Below are positions 54,807 to 63,965 of a DNA stretch of 64,000 nt, piece after piece. The stretch lies in the NCBI GenBank assembly GCA_037143195.1, contig JBAWZD010000001.1:80892-144891 (forward strand), in the 5' to 3' direction. The notes under the pieces were generated by a model. That model did no database searches and was not told the DNA's origin. It saw only the letters and a list, made by a program, of their open reading frames with translations. Position 1 is the first letter of the stretch; the number at the start of each line of letters is the position of its first letter. The DNA is from a bacterium (lineage in GTDB: Bacteria > Patescibacteriota > Minisyncoccia > Phycocordibacterales > UBA9973). Made by a program: the position numbers and the translations under genes.

Positions 54807-55544
54807 ATGTTTTCAAAATGGTGGCAGTCATTTAAATTAGAAAATGAGTTAATTGATTCAACAAGGATGGCCATTGAAGACAGACTATCCTCACCATTTT
54901 ACGGATATTTTATATCCTCATGGTTTTTGTTTAATTGGAAAATAATTTATATCGCTTTTTTTGTTGATCAAAATATTATTCTGCAAAAAACTACTTTACT
55001 ACGCTCCGATTATCTTATCAGGTCTTTTCCTATCCTCTGGAGCTGGGAATTTTGGTTACATTTTTTTATCTATCCATTTTTTGCCACGGTACTTTTCTTT
55101 TGGATTTTTCCATACCTAACGAGGGAGTATTACAGAAAAAGTATCAGAAATAAAAAAGCACTTCGTATTATTGAAATAAAAGAAACAAAACAGGAGACAA
55201 TACAAGAAAAAGAACTTATCGAAGAGCAAGTTAAAAAAGCAATCATTGAACAAGAAGTCGAAGTAAGCAACCCGAAAGTGTTTTGGGAAAAAGATTTTCA
55301 AGCTTTTAAAGACACAAATCTCTTTGAAAAGTTTCAAATGATCTTGGATGGAATATACAAATATAATGGGGACGTTAAATGGAATTGGAATGGAGCAAGG
55401 TACACTGGTTCTATTGATAATGAAATTTTGGTTTTTTGTGATTTGAATGGTTTAGTTAATATTCATAATGGTAATAAAATCACCTTAACTGATAAAGGTA
55501 AATTTTTCGCCCGAAAATATATTGAAATTAAAAGCCAACCTTAA
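54807..55544 (+). CDS. Hypothetical protein: 2 TM helices, coiled coil, C-terminal winged-helix-like end
   Basis: Aromatic-rich TM segments; EK-rich helix; GLV...ITLTDKGK. Confidence 0.65.
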   Translation: MFSKWWQSFKLENELIDSTRMAIEDRLSSPFYGYFISSWFLFNWKIIYIAFFVDQNIILQKTTLLRSDYLIRSFPILWSWEFWLHFFIYPFFATVLFFWIFPYLTREYYRKSIRNKKALRIIEIKETKQETIQEKELIEEQVKKAIIEQEVEVSNPKVFWEKDFQAFKDTNLFEKFQMILDGIYKYNGDVKWNWNGARYTGSIDNEILVFCDLNGLVNIHNGNKITLTDKGKFFARKYIEIKSQP

Positions 55545-55600
55545 CTTTCAAAAAGCACGAACACTCCAGAGTGCCATAATAAAACCAAGGCAAGCCGTAT

Positions 55601-56107
55601 ATGAAAAAAGTAAAAATTAAAGAATTTAACAATGAAGAGCTTTGGCTTGGATACGGTGATATTCAACAAGAACTCAAAAAACGTAACCTAGTTCGAACCA
55701 ACAATATTACTGGAGAGCGAGGAGAATTTCTTGTAATTGAAACTTATAATTCGACCAAAGCTTTGCCAAATCTACAAGCTTCTCCACAAAGTACAAAAAA
55801 TATTGATGCGATCAGTCGCAATGGTGAAAGATATAGTATTAAATCAATCACTGATCCTTCTAGGATAACAGGTGTGTTTCATGATATGGGCGAGAAAGAG
55901 GATACGTCGGTACCTGATAAAAAGTTTGAATACGTGGTTATTGTTCAACTTTTTAATAACTATAGACCGAAACTAATAGTAGAATTAACGTGCGAGCAAT
56001 TTCTTAAATATAGAAAATGGCACAAAACAATGAGGGCTTGGAATTTAAGTTTAACTAAGTCACTACTTTCTGAAGCTAAGATTATTTTAGATAATACTCA
56101 AGGTTAA
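55601..56107 (+). CDS. Putative PD-(D/E)XK-like nuclease (DUF6998-like)
   Basis: RTNNITGERGE...NIDAISRNGERYSIKS. Confidence 0.55.
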   Translation: MKKVKIKEFNNEELWLGYGDIQQELKKRNLVRTNNITGERGEFLVIETYNSTKALPNLQASPQSTKNIDAISRNGERYSIKSITDPSRITGVFHDMGEKEDTSVPDKKFEYVVIVQLFNNYRPKLIVELTCEQFLKYRKWHKTMRAWNLSLTKSLLSEAKIILDNTQG

Positions 56108-56110
56108 TAT

Positions 56111-57160
56111 ATGGAGCCAACAGAAAAAGAAATTATCGAATCTTTATATAAAGCGATGTGCTCAGCCACAAGTACTGTGAGTGACGCTAAGCGTACTAAT
56201 AATAGTTATTTCAAAAGAAGAGTTTTAGGTTTTAAAGCGGAGATTGAGTTTTCTAAATTTATCGAGGGATATAAAGATATACATTTTTTTGAAGGTGGAA
56301 ACTTTATTTCTAGAAAACTTTCTGGGAAAGTATCGGATAAAAATAAGTTCATATATGTAACACTTGCAAAAAATGAGAGTGAGGATTTTAAGGAAATATA
56401 TTCCGTAATTTCGCAATGGGACGAAGTCGAGAATCTTTTTTATATAAAAATAGATAATAATAGCTGGTCGCAGACAGGGTTTGCGACCAGAAAAAAATTA
56501 AGAAATGGGAAAAGTAAGGATATTGAAGATTCTATTTTGGTTCCCAAATATACTTTTTATAGGTTTAATAAAAACATCGGATCATTTGATATGTGTGAAA
56601 TTCAAAATTTTGACTGTATTTTATCATGGTTTTCCAAGCCAACCAGAAAATCAAGTCTTTTCCCTCTAAGAAAAAAAGATCAATTCGAATACTTTTCAGA
56701 TTATGATGCCAGTGTGTTAAAAAATATTTATGCTAATCGTTATTTTTTAGATGTCATTTTAAGGCAAGCAAGCGGCCGACAAATAATTGATTTAGATGGG
56801 TTTTTAAAAGTGAACGGTCGTTATTTCGTTGTTGAAGTTAAAGAAAAAGATCCAATTAGAAAAAAAGGAAAGAAAGTAGACGACATAAATAATTGGCAGT
56901 TCGGTTGGGATTCAAGAAGAATACTCTGGTATTTGTATTTAAAAGTAAAGTTAAATCTACCTGTTTTGTATAATATTAGAGAAATAAGTAATCAAGAAGA
57001 GAGAACCTTTGTTCAATGGGATTCTATTTTTATAGATGATTTTCTTAAGGGTACTAGCTGGTCAAATAGTAGAAGTGGCGGAGGGGGTGGGGACACCGTA
57101 CTTGCACCTCACTCGTTTTTTAGAAGACTTAGTGACGTTCTTAATGAATTATTAAGATAA
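56111..57160 (+). CDS. Putative PD-(D/E)XK nuclease
   Basis: IDLDGFL...FVVEVKEK. Confidence 0.55.
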   Translation: MEPTEKEIIESLYKAMCSATSTVSDAKRTNNSYFKRRVLGFKAEIEFSKFIEGYKDIHFFEGGNFISRKLSGKVSDKNKFIYVTLAKNESEDFKEIYSVISQWDEVENLFYIKIDNNSWSQTGFATRKKLRNGKSKDIEDSILVPKYTFYRFNKNIGSFDMCEIQNFDCILSWFSKPTRKSSLFPLRKKDQFEYFSDYDASVLKNIYANRYFLDVILRQASGRQIIDLDGFLKVNGRYFVVEVKEKDPIRKKGKKVDDINNWQFGWDSRRILWYLYLKVKLNLPVLYNIREISNQEERTFVQWDSIFIDDFLKGTSWSNSRSGGGGGDTVLAPHSFFRRLSDVLNELLR

Positions 57161-57206
57161 CTCTTGTGTCGCTTTATTTTTTCTTTTTTGTTAGTATGTT
57201 CTGACT

Positions 57207-57974
57207 ATGGCGCAAAGAACTCCCGCTCAGGCGAAGAAGCGAATTATTCAGCTTTTTATTGACAATGTTAAGGGACGAACACCTGATACTCATAGCTCGA
57301 ACATAAGGCATGATGGTAAAGGAGGTCATTGGTTGGAAAAACAAATGGGTATTGCTCATAACGCAAGCAATACTCCGGACATTGATGGTTTTGAGATGAA
57401 GAATGACACGACAAGTAAAACCACGTTCGGTGATTGGTCGCCTAATTATCGCATTTACAAGAAAGGGAATGACTACGGTCTTGATCGTACAAAGTTCCTC
57501 GAAATCTTTGGCGCACCAAACCCCGCTAAAGATAATCGATATTCATGGTCAGGAAAACCTGTACCAAAAATTAATAAATACAATTCTTTTGGCCAGAAAC
57601 TTGAAATTGATAAGAATAATAATATCCTTGCCATGTATTCATTTTCGAAGGATGAACGACTGAATAAGTCTAAAATTGTTCCCAAGCTATTACAAAAGGA
57701 CGGCCTAGTTATCGCTCGCTGGGATTGTGAAAAAATGACCGTTCGAGTTGAACGAAAATTTAATAAGCTCGGTTGGTTTAAATGTCTAATTAAAGATGGA
57801 GTTTATACCAAGATTGTTTTCGGGGATCCAATTAGTTTTAGAACGTGGATAGCAGGAGTGAAGAAAGGTCAGATCTTTTTTGATAGCGGAATGTATGCTG
57901 GTAACCCACGACCGTATGCTCAGTGGCGTGCCGACAATAAATATTGGGATTCACTAATTACAGACGAGTACTAG
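57207..57974 (+). CDS. Type II restriction endonuclease, LlaMI/ScrFI-like
   Basis: HDGKGGHWLEKQMGIAHNASNTPDIDGFEMK, TTFGDWS and FFDSGMYAGNPRPYAQWRA; adjacent to a C5-MTase. Confidence 0.75.
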   Translation: MAQRTPAQAKKRIIQLFIDNVKGRTPDTHSSNIRHDGKGGHWLEKQMGIAHNASNTPDIDGFEMKNDTTSKTTFGDWSPNYRIYKKGNDYGLDRTKFLEIFGAPNPAKDNRYSWSGKPVPKINKYNSFGQKLEIDKNNNILAMYSFSKDERLNKSKIVPKLLQKDGLVIARWDCEKMTVRVERKFNKLGWFKCLIKDGVYTKIVFGDPISFRTWIAGVKKGQIFFDSGMYAGNPRPYAQWRADNKYWDSLITDEY

Positions 57975-59061
57975 TTTTAAGGAGTCTTTGTTGAGCACTC
58001 TTTACGCTTTCCCGTTTTATTTTTTCTAGATTGATTTGGCTGTTGTTGATCTGAGTATTTTTTTGAAGCTCCTTCATTGCAATGAGTACTTGTTTTGCTA
58101 GAGCTTTGATTACAGGGACAGCAACACTGTTCCCAAATTGCTTATAGGCTTGAGTGTCACTTGGAGAAACAATGTAACTATCAGGAAATCCTTGTAGTCG
58201 AGCAGCTTCACGTGGTGTCAGCTTGCGAGGGTTTTTGTTTTTTTGCTTAATTAGAATTTCAGACCCGTCTTTGTAATATCGAGCAGAAATAGTGCTTGTA
58301 TATTCTGAATTTTCATCAAATATTGAATATCCAAATCCGTTTCCTTTTTCACGATGCTCTTTTTTTCGTCTCTGGTGTCCTGCCCACAGTTTGTCGGAGA
58401 TTGTATATTTTGGATGAACTGTACTTTCAAGGATATTTCCAAGGCGAGTTGGTTTACCGGTTGGTTTTGGAAATGAAAAATTTGTTTTTCCGAGAAATCC
58501 GACAATATAAATACGTTCACGGTTTTGAGGAATACCAAAATCTCTCGCGTTCAAAACTTGAGCGTGGATTTCGTAACCGAGTCCCTCAAGGATGCTTTTG
58601 ATTGTTTCAAAAGTCTTGCCTCCGTCATGACTTTTGAATCGCTTGACGTTCTCTAAAAAGACGACTGATGGTCGATGGTGTTCGACAATCTTTGCAATAT
58701 CAAAGAACAATGTACCTCTTGTGTCAGCAAGACCTAATTTTTTTCCAGCTTGAGAGAAAGGCTGGCAGGGAAATCCAGCGAGGAGTACATCGAAGCTTGG
58801 GATACTTGCAGGCTCGATTTGTGTAATATCTCCGTAGGGGAGTTCATTGAAATTTTGTTGGTATGTTTTTTGTGCAGCGGAGTCCCATTCTGAAGTAAAT
58901 ACGCATTCTCCACCCACACTTTCGAATCCTAAGCGAATGCCTCCTATTCCAGCGAATAGATCAATCATTTTAAATTCAGAATTTATCGGGGTCTTTGTCT
59001 TAGAAAATAGACTTGAGACATCTATTTTTTTAAGTTGAGAGACTTTTGTTTTTTTAGCCAT
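57958..59061 (-). CDS. dcm: DNA (cytosine-5)-methyltransferase, Dcm/SsoII-like target recognition domain
   Basis: DLFAGIGG, GFPCQPFS, ENV, QNRERIY, TISARYYKDGSEILI and YKQFGNSV. Confidence 0.93.
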   Translation of the reverse strand: MAKKTKVSQLKKIDVSSLFSKTKTPINSEFKMIDLFAGIGGIRLGFESVGGECVFTSEWDSAAQKTYQQNFNELPYGDITQIEPASIPSFDVLLAGFPCQPFSQAGKKLGLADTRGTLFFDIAKIVEHHRPSVVFLENVKRFKSHDGGKTFETIKSILEGLGYEIHAQVLNARDFGIPQNRERIYIVGFLGKTNFSFPKPTGKPTRLGNILESTVHPKYTISDKLWAGHQRRKKEHREKGNGFGYSIFDENSEYTSTISARYYKDGSEILIKQKNKNPRKLTPREAARLQGFPDSYIVSPSDTQAYKQFGNSVAVPVIKALAKQVLIAMKELQKNTQINNSQINLEKIKRESVKSAQQRLLKTSTRL

Positions 59062-59162
59062 TTTATTTTGTTATTATAGCAATTTTTAATATGTCTCGAT
59101 ACATTGCCAGTTTTGTTTTTTGATTGTTGATTACCGAATCAAGAGAAGCTAACATAATTATA

Positions 59163-59180
59163 TGTGAACGATCGTTCACA
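59163..59180. promoter_or_regulatory. Perfect 18-bp palindrome, candidate operator
   Basis: TGTGAACGATCGTTCACA in the divergent dcm/SOUL intergenic region. Confidence 0.5.
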
Positions 59181-59261
59181 AGCAATATTCAAATATGTTG
59201 ATAACATTTTTACTCGTCTGCTTTCTGAATTTTACACCTAGCATAGTGGTATAATGAGTAT

Positions 59262-59882
59262 ATGAACATAATCTACGCCGTAGTGGGGCTGTGTGTGGTG
59301 TGGTCGATTTGGGGATTTGTTTCTTCGCGTGTGCCGAAGACTCCTTATTCCGTGCTTGAATCGAAGCACGGCTACGAGGTGCGACTATATCCAGCACACA
59401 TTGTCGCGCAGACGACCGTGAAGGGTTCGTATGAAATGGCGCTCAATCAGGGCTTCCGCATTGTTGCGGGATATATTTTTGGTGGCAATACGAAGAAGGA
59501 GAGTATCTCCATGACTTCACCTGTAGTGGAGAAGAGCGCATCCTCCGAATCGATCGCGATGACATCTCCCGTCGTCGCGACCATCGAAGGCGAGTCGCAT
59601 ACCATCGCATTTGGCATGCCACAATCGTACACACTCGAGACACTTCCGACACCGACTGACTCGCGTGTCACTATCGCGACCATTCCCGAAAAGAAAATGG
59701 CTGTCATCCGATTTGGCTGGATGCGCACACCAGAGCGCGTGCAATCCAAAAAGCAGACCCTCCTTGATGCGCTCGCTACTGACAAGGTCACTGTCGTCGG
59801 TTCATCAGAATACGCGGGCTACAATGCACCGTGGACTCCGCCATGGATGACACGTCACGAAGTGCTTGTCGAAATCAAATAA
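59262..59882 (+). CDS. SOUL heme-binding family protein
   Basis: YEVRLYP, GFRIVAGYIFGGN, ISMTSPV and YNAPWTPPWMTRHEV. Confidence 0.88.
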   Translation: MNIIYAVVGLCVVWSIWGFVSSRVPKTPYSVLESKHGYEVRLYPAHIVAQTTVKGSYEMALNQGFRIVAGYIFGGNTKKESISMTSPVVEKSASSESIAMTSPVVATIEGESHTIAFGMPQSYTLETLPTPTDSRVTIATIPEKKMAVIRFGWMRTPERVQSKKQTLLDALATDKVTVVGSSEYAGYNAPWTPPWMTRHEVLVEIK

Positions 59883-59907
59883 TCTTTTACGTAAAAAACG
59901 CATGCAT

Positions 59908-61005
59908 ATGAAATTCTCAAAAAGCTCAGTACTCGTCATCGCGATCCTGCTCGTCGCAGGGATTATTCTTGTCGCGCGAAAACATACGATCATTGTTCTT
60001 CCGCATTCGATCGATGGATCGACGACGCCTGCTCCGCTCGCACCGGCTCCGACCGATGCGGTGGACACAACCAGTAGTTCAAAGTCTGCTCTGTATACAA
60101 GGATAACAACGGTGGATGGATATTCCACCGTGGATTTTTCGCGTGTCGGCAAAGACGCCGAGAGTGGGCCGAATCCACAAATGGGTATTGATGTGTCGAA
60201 GCAGACAGTCGTCACGAGTCTTGGGACGGCACAGCTCATGACAGAGTTTTCGATACTCGATGTTTGTGATGTGCGTTTCGATCGAATCATGAATATCGAT
60301 ACGGACGCAGGACATATCGAGCTTGATGTCGAGGCTGTGATGGCTGACGCAATGAATCCAAACGATACAGTGAGCAAAATAGTTCACGAAAATCCCTCGT
60401 ATTTTGAAAAAACAAAAGTATATGGATGTGGCGATCGACTCATTTGGAAAAAGAACGGACGAGAATCGTTTTACTCCGCGCTCGTTGCTGGCAAGACCGG
60501 ACCAATCAGTCAGGCATGGTTTAAAACATTTGATACCATATTCGCCAAGATTCGCACCGCAAAGACGGCGAATGAGGCAGTCGAGACTATAAACGCGATG
60601 TCGCTTGAAGCTTCGAATTCAAATACATTTACGAGTCAGCCTGCGGCGATTCAGTCGATCGTGAAGCAAGCGGACGGAACGTGGCAATTCGCCATCGACC
60701 TCTTGTCGAGGAACCCACATTGGTTGCCGGGCGGGGAAGAAGGCTTCTTCCTCAATCTGAGCCCCGTGATGCGTCATCTCGTCGTGACGAATGCGACCAA
60801 GACGTATGTGTGTGGCGGAAATCCGAACAACAATAACACGACGGCCGAGCTTCTTGAGCCGACAGCAGGCTATGTAGCAAAATTGCAGTCTCGACTTGCA
60901 CAGATACAAACTGAAACACAGGCGAGTATTTCTCAAACCCTCAACGCATACATGAGTGCCGATGGGACCAAAATCACCGCTCTATACGATCAATGTTTGC
61001 CCTAG
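59908..61005 (+). CDS. Hypothetical exported protein
   Basis: N-terminal signal anchor; long ORF with core-like composition. Confidence 0.7.
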   Translation: MKFSKSSVLVIAILLVAGIILVARKHTIIVLPHSIDGSTTPAPLAPAPTDAVDTTSSSKSALYTRITTVDGYSTVDFSRVGKDAESGPNPQMGIDVSKQTVVTSLGTAQLMTEFSILDVCDVRFDRIMNIDTDAGHIELDVEAVMADAMNPNDTVSKIVHENPSYFEKTKVYGCGDRLIWKKNGRESFYSALVAGKTGPISQAWFKTFDTIFAKIRTAKTANEAVETINAMSLEASNSNTFTSQPAAIQSIVKQADGTWQFAIDLLSRNPHWLPGGEEGFFLNLSPVMRHLVVTNATKTYVCGGNPNNNNTTAELLEPTAGYVAKLQSRLAQIQTETQASISQTLNAYMSADGTKITALYDQCLP

Positions 61006-61073
61006 TTTCTGCTTCGGATTCGGTGCCGAAAAATGGTGTATACTGTCGGGTATATAAGTAACGATATAATTAT

Positions 61074-61319
61074 ATGTCAGAAAAAAAGCCAACAATGTGC
61101 GAAAGTTGTTTGATGCCGTTTGCGAAGGATACAGGCGTGCGTGAATCGGACAAGTATTGCAGTTTGTGTTTTAAGAACGGCAAACTGTGTTACGAAGGCA
61201 CCGACTTGAAAGAATTCCAAAAAGTCTGTTATGAGAGTATGCGCAAAAATGGTATCAATCCAATCACGGCGCGATTCTATACATGGATGATTCGATTCGC
61301 TCCACGTTGGAAAAAATAA
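61074..61319 (+). CDS. Putative zinc-ribbon domain protein
   Basis: CESCLMP...YCSLCFKNG...PRWK. Confidence 0.75.
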   Translation: MSEKKPTMCESCLMPFAKDTGVRESDKYCSLCFKNGKLCYEGTDLKEFQKVCYESMRKNGINPITARFYTWMIRFAPRWKK

Positions 61320-61325
61320 TCACGT

Positions 61326-62105
61326 ATGCAATCTACGTTTCTTGATTTTGTCGCGTTTGTACAAAAAGAAGCGCGAGCCTGTCTCTTTGCAGGCTCGTTT
61401 CTTTTTCTGATTTTTATTTCAAAATATATTCATGTGTTTGGGCTCGCGCGGTATGATTTCCTTTTCCTTGCAGCAGTCGCGATTCAAATTCTGATGCTTG
61501 TGTTCAAACTCGAGACCAAGGATGAGGCAAAGACGATCGTGCTTTTTCATGTGATTGGATTTTTGCTTGAAGTGTACAAAACGAGCCCGATGATTGGCTC
61601 GTGGTCGTATCCGGAAGCGGGATTTTTTAAACTCTGGAATGTGCCACTCTATAGCGGATTTATGTATGCATCAATCGGAAGCTATATCGCGCATGCGTGG
61701 AAAGGCCTATCGCTCCGGCTCGTGAATCCGCCACCATATAGGTACAGTGTGATGCTCTGTTTTTGTGTGTATCTCAATTTTTTCACAAACCATTTCATCT
61801 GGGATTTCCGTCCGCTCCTCATTCTTGCCGTGTTTGCACTCTACACTCGGACACGTATCGAATACACGCCACGTACGAAGGTATATTCAATGCCACTCGT
61901 GCTCGGTTTTGTATTGACCGCGCTCTTCGTTTGGATCGCTGAGAACATCGGTACGTTCTACGGCGCGTGGCAATATCCGTCACAAATCCATGCGTGGACT
62001 GTGGTCTCGACGCAAAAAATCACCTCATGGTTTCTCATGGTGATCATCAGTTTCATCATCGTCGCATATTTGAAACACGTAAAGGCTGGACGGAGTGCGC
62101 ACTAG
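61326..62105 (+). CDS. DUF817 family membrane protein
   Basis: RYDFL, GSWSYP, VPLYSGFMYASIGSY, WIAENIGT and AWQYP. Confidence 0.8.
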   Translation: MQSTFLDFVAFVQKEARACLFAGSFLFLIFISKYIHVFGLARYDFLFLAAVAIQILMLVFKLETKDEAKTIVLFHVIGFLLEVYKTSPMIGSWSYPEAGFFKLWNVPLYSGFMYASIGSYIAHAWKGLSLRLVNPPPYRYSVMLCFCVYLNFFTNHFIWDFRPLLILAVFALYTRTRIEYTPRTKVYSMPLVLGFVLTALFVWIAENIGTFYGAWQYPSQIHAWTVVSTQKITSWFLMVIISFIIVAYLKHVKAGRSAH

Positions 62106-62165
62106 TTTTGTTGTGGGAATATTTCAATATTTGGTACACTACCTATTATTTTTCAAATACAATTT

Positions 62166-62585
62166 ATGGAAACAACTCACGTACCAAATCCACGCATCGA
62201 AGAACGCGCCAAATCAGGTCCACATTTGACCAAGCATGAGCATACGGGGCTCAACGGTCGCATTGCTGTCGTCATCACGAGCCTCGTCGGTACGATGTGG
62301 TGTGCGTATCTCTTTGCAATCATCGCATTCATTAGTTTGCCTGCTGCAATCAAAGCGGGAACTCCGGCGCTCATCTCATGGATTGCACAGACATTTTTGC
62401 AGTTGGTGTTGCTCTCCGTCATTATGGTGGGACAAAAAGTCGCCGCTGCTGCATCTGACAAACAAGCACTTCAGACGTATAAAGACGCGGAGGCGCTCCT
62501 CAAAATGCAGGACGAAGTGCATCGCTTGATTACAATCAACAACCAACTGACACAAGAGATTCACGAGTTTGTCGTCAAGAAATAA
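62166..62585 (+). CDS. DUF1003-like membrane protein
   Basis: VGTMWCAYLF...WIAQTFLQLVLLSVIMVGQ. Confidence 0.7.
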   Translation: METTHVPNPRIEERAKSGPHLTKHEHTGLNGRIAVVITSLVGTMWCAYLFAIIAFISLPAAIKAGTPALISWIAQTFLQLVLLSVIMVGQKVAAAASDKQALQTYKDAEALLKMQDEVHRLITINNQLTQEIHEFVVKK

Positions 62586-63337
62586 TGCGAATGACGAAAC
62601 AGAATCAATGTATCATTCGTACCATATCGATTTTTCTGCTGTGCATTCTTGCGCAAAGTTTTTTTGTGCACGACGTCTCTGCGAGCGAGGTGACACAAAC
62701 ACCAATTGAGAAAAAAGTCGCACTGACGTTCGACGATGGTCCGTACGGTGAACCGACGCGACAGATTCTCGCTATCCTGAAGCAGGAGCAAGTACACGCG
62801 ACGTTTTTTGTCATGGGAGAGAACGTTGAAAAATATCCCGATATTGCAAAGGCTATTGTCGACGATGGCAATGTAATTGCAAATCATTCATATGATCATC
62901 CAAAGAACATGACGAGTGAACCGACCAAGAAATTTGATAGTGAATTGATATTGACTGAGAATGCAATTTTTACGGCAACAAACAAACTGCCAGATTTGTT
63001 TCGTGCTCCCTATGGAAGAACCTCAGCTCCACTTTTGAAAAAATTGCATGATGAAAAATATTCGCTCGTGCGCTGGACGCTCGATACGCTCGATTGGAAT
63101 TTCCCGAAGAGTCCGTCGGATGCGATTGTGAAGCGTGTACTTACGAAAGTGCACCCGAACGATATTATATTGATGCACGATGGCCGTGATACAAAGATTG
63201 GGTATCCCCGAGACAATATTGTCGATGCGTTGCCAAAAGTGATTGAAGGTCTCAAAAAGGCAGGGTACACACTCGTGACCGTGGACCAAATCGTAGGCAA
63301 AAGCGCATATTTCGATTCAAAAGAAACACAACAATGA
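62585..63337 (+). CDS. Polysaccharide/peptidoglycan deacetylase (NodB family)
   Basis: ALTFDDGP, NHSYDH, FRAPYG, DTLDW and IILMHD. Confidence 0.92.
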   Translation: MRMTKQNQCIIRTISIFLLCILAQSFFVHDVSASEVTQTPIEKKVALTFDDGPYGEPTRQILAILKQEQVHATFFVMGENVEKYPDIAKAIVDDGNVIANHSYDHPKNMTSEPTKKFDSELILTENAIFTATNKLPDLFRAPYGRTSAPLLKKLHDEKYSLVRWTLDTLDWNFPKSPSDAIVKRVLTKVHPNDIILMHDGRDTKIGYPRDNIVDALPKVIEGLKKAGYTLVTVDQIVGKSAYFDSKETQQ

Positions 63338-63424
63338 TTCGGGTGTCCGTCTTCATGCAAGAAAATGTCGTGGTATCCACATATTTCCTCGTGTTTCGCC
63401 TGAGCAATTGATACCATAGTAGGT

Positions 63425-63964
63425 ATGAGTATGAAAAAAATGAGCAAAACAATTTTGCGTGCACTCTTCGTGGGTGTTTTTTTATTGGCAGGCACGAGCG
63501 TTTTTGCAGGTACAGTGTTTGCAAAAGGTGGTCATAAAGTAAAAGACACACAAACAAGCGTCCCAGATTATGGCGCACTGTATGAACAAAAAACAAAAGA
63601 TGCGAATCTATCGCACGATATGATTACGGGGACCATCGCTGCGATCGAAGCGCACACACTTTCTGTTTCACTAACTGAGGTTTCAGGAAAATTGCCTGTC
63701 GGCACTCTCGTTACTGTTGCAACAGCACATGCAAAAATGACGCGCACTGGTTCCGCAAATCTATCAGCGAAACCATCAAGAAGTGCTTTGCGATCAATGA
63801 GCGCAAAATCACAAACAAACGCACCAAAAGTCTCGATGAGTGATTTCGCTGTTGGTGATGCTGTCACTGTCGTCGGCTCGCTCGATACAAACAACGCAAT
63901 GAAAGCAAAACAAATCCTTGCACACGCAAAGAATGATTTTCATATTAGTCAACCGGTAAAATAA
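63425..63964 (+). CDS. Exported protein with an OB-fold-like (DUF5666-like) segment
   Basis: Signal peptide; ITGTIAAI...SDFAVGDAVTVVG...AKQI. Confidence 0.6.
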   Translation: MSMKKMSKTILRALFVGVFLLAGTSVFAGTVFAKGGHKVKDTQTSVPDYGALYEQKTKDANLSHDMITGTIAAIEAHTLSVSLTEVSGKLPVGTLVTVATAHAKMTRTGSANLSAKPSRSALRSMSAKSQTNAPKVSMSDFAVGDAVTVVGSLDTNNAMKAKQILAHAKNDFHISQPVK

Positions 63965-63965
63965 T

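Larger units (their letters stand above)
54760..59230. mobile_element. AT-rich genomic (defence) island next to tRNA-Gln; boundaries approximate
   Basis: Abrupt shift to AT-rich sequence right after the tRNA; nuclease and methylase cargo; no integrase or att repeat found. Confidence 0.6.

Noticed and set aside
58581-58590. GTCCCTCA as the attR copy of the tRNA-Gln 3' end
   Set aside because: Only 8 nt and inside the intact MTase gene; expected by chance.
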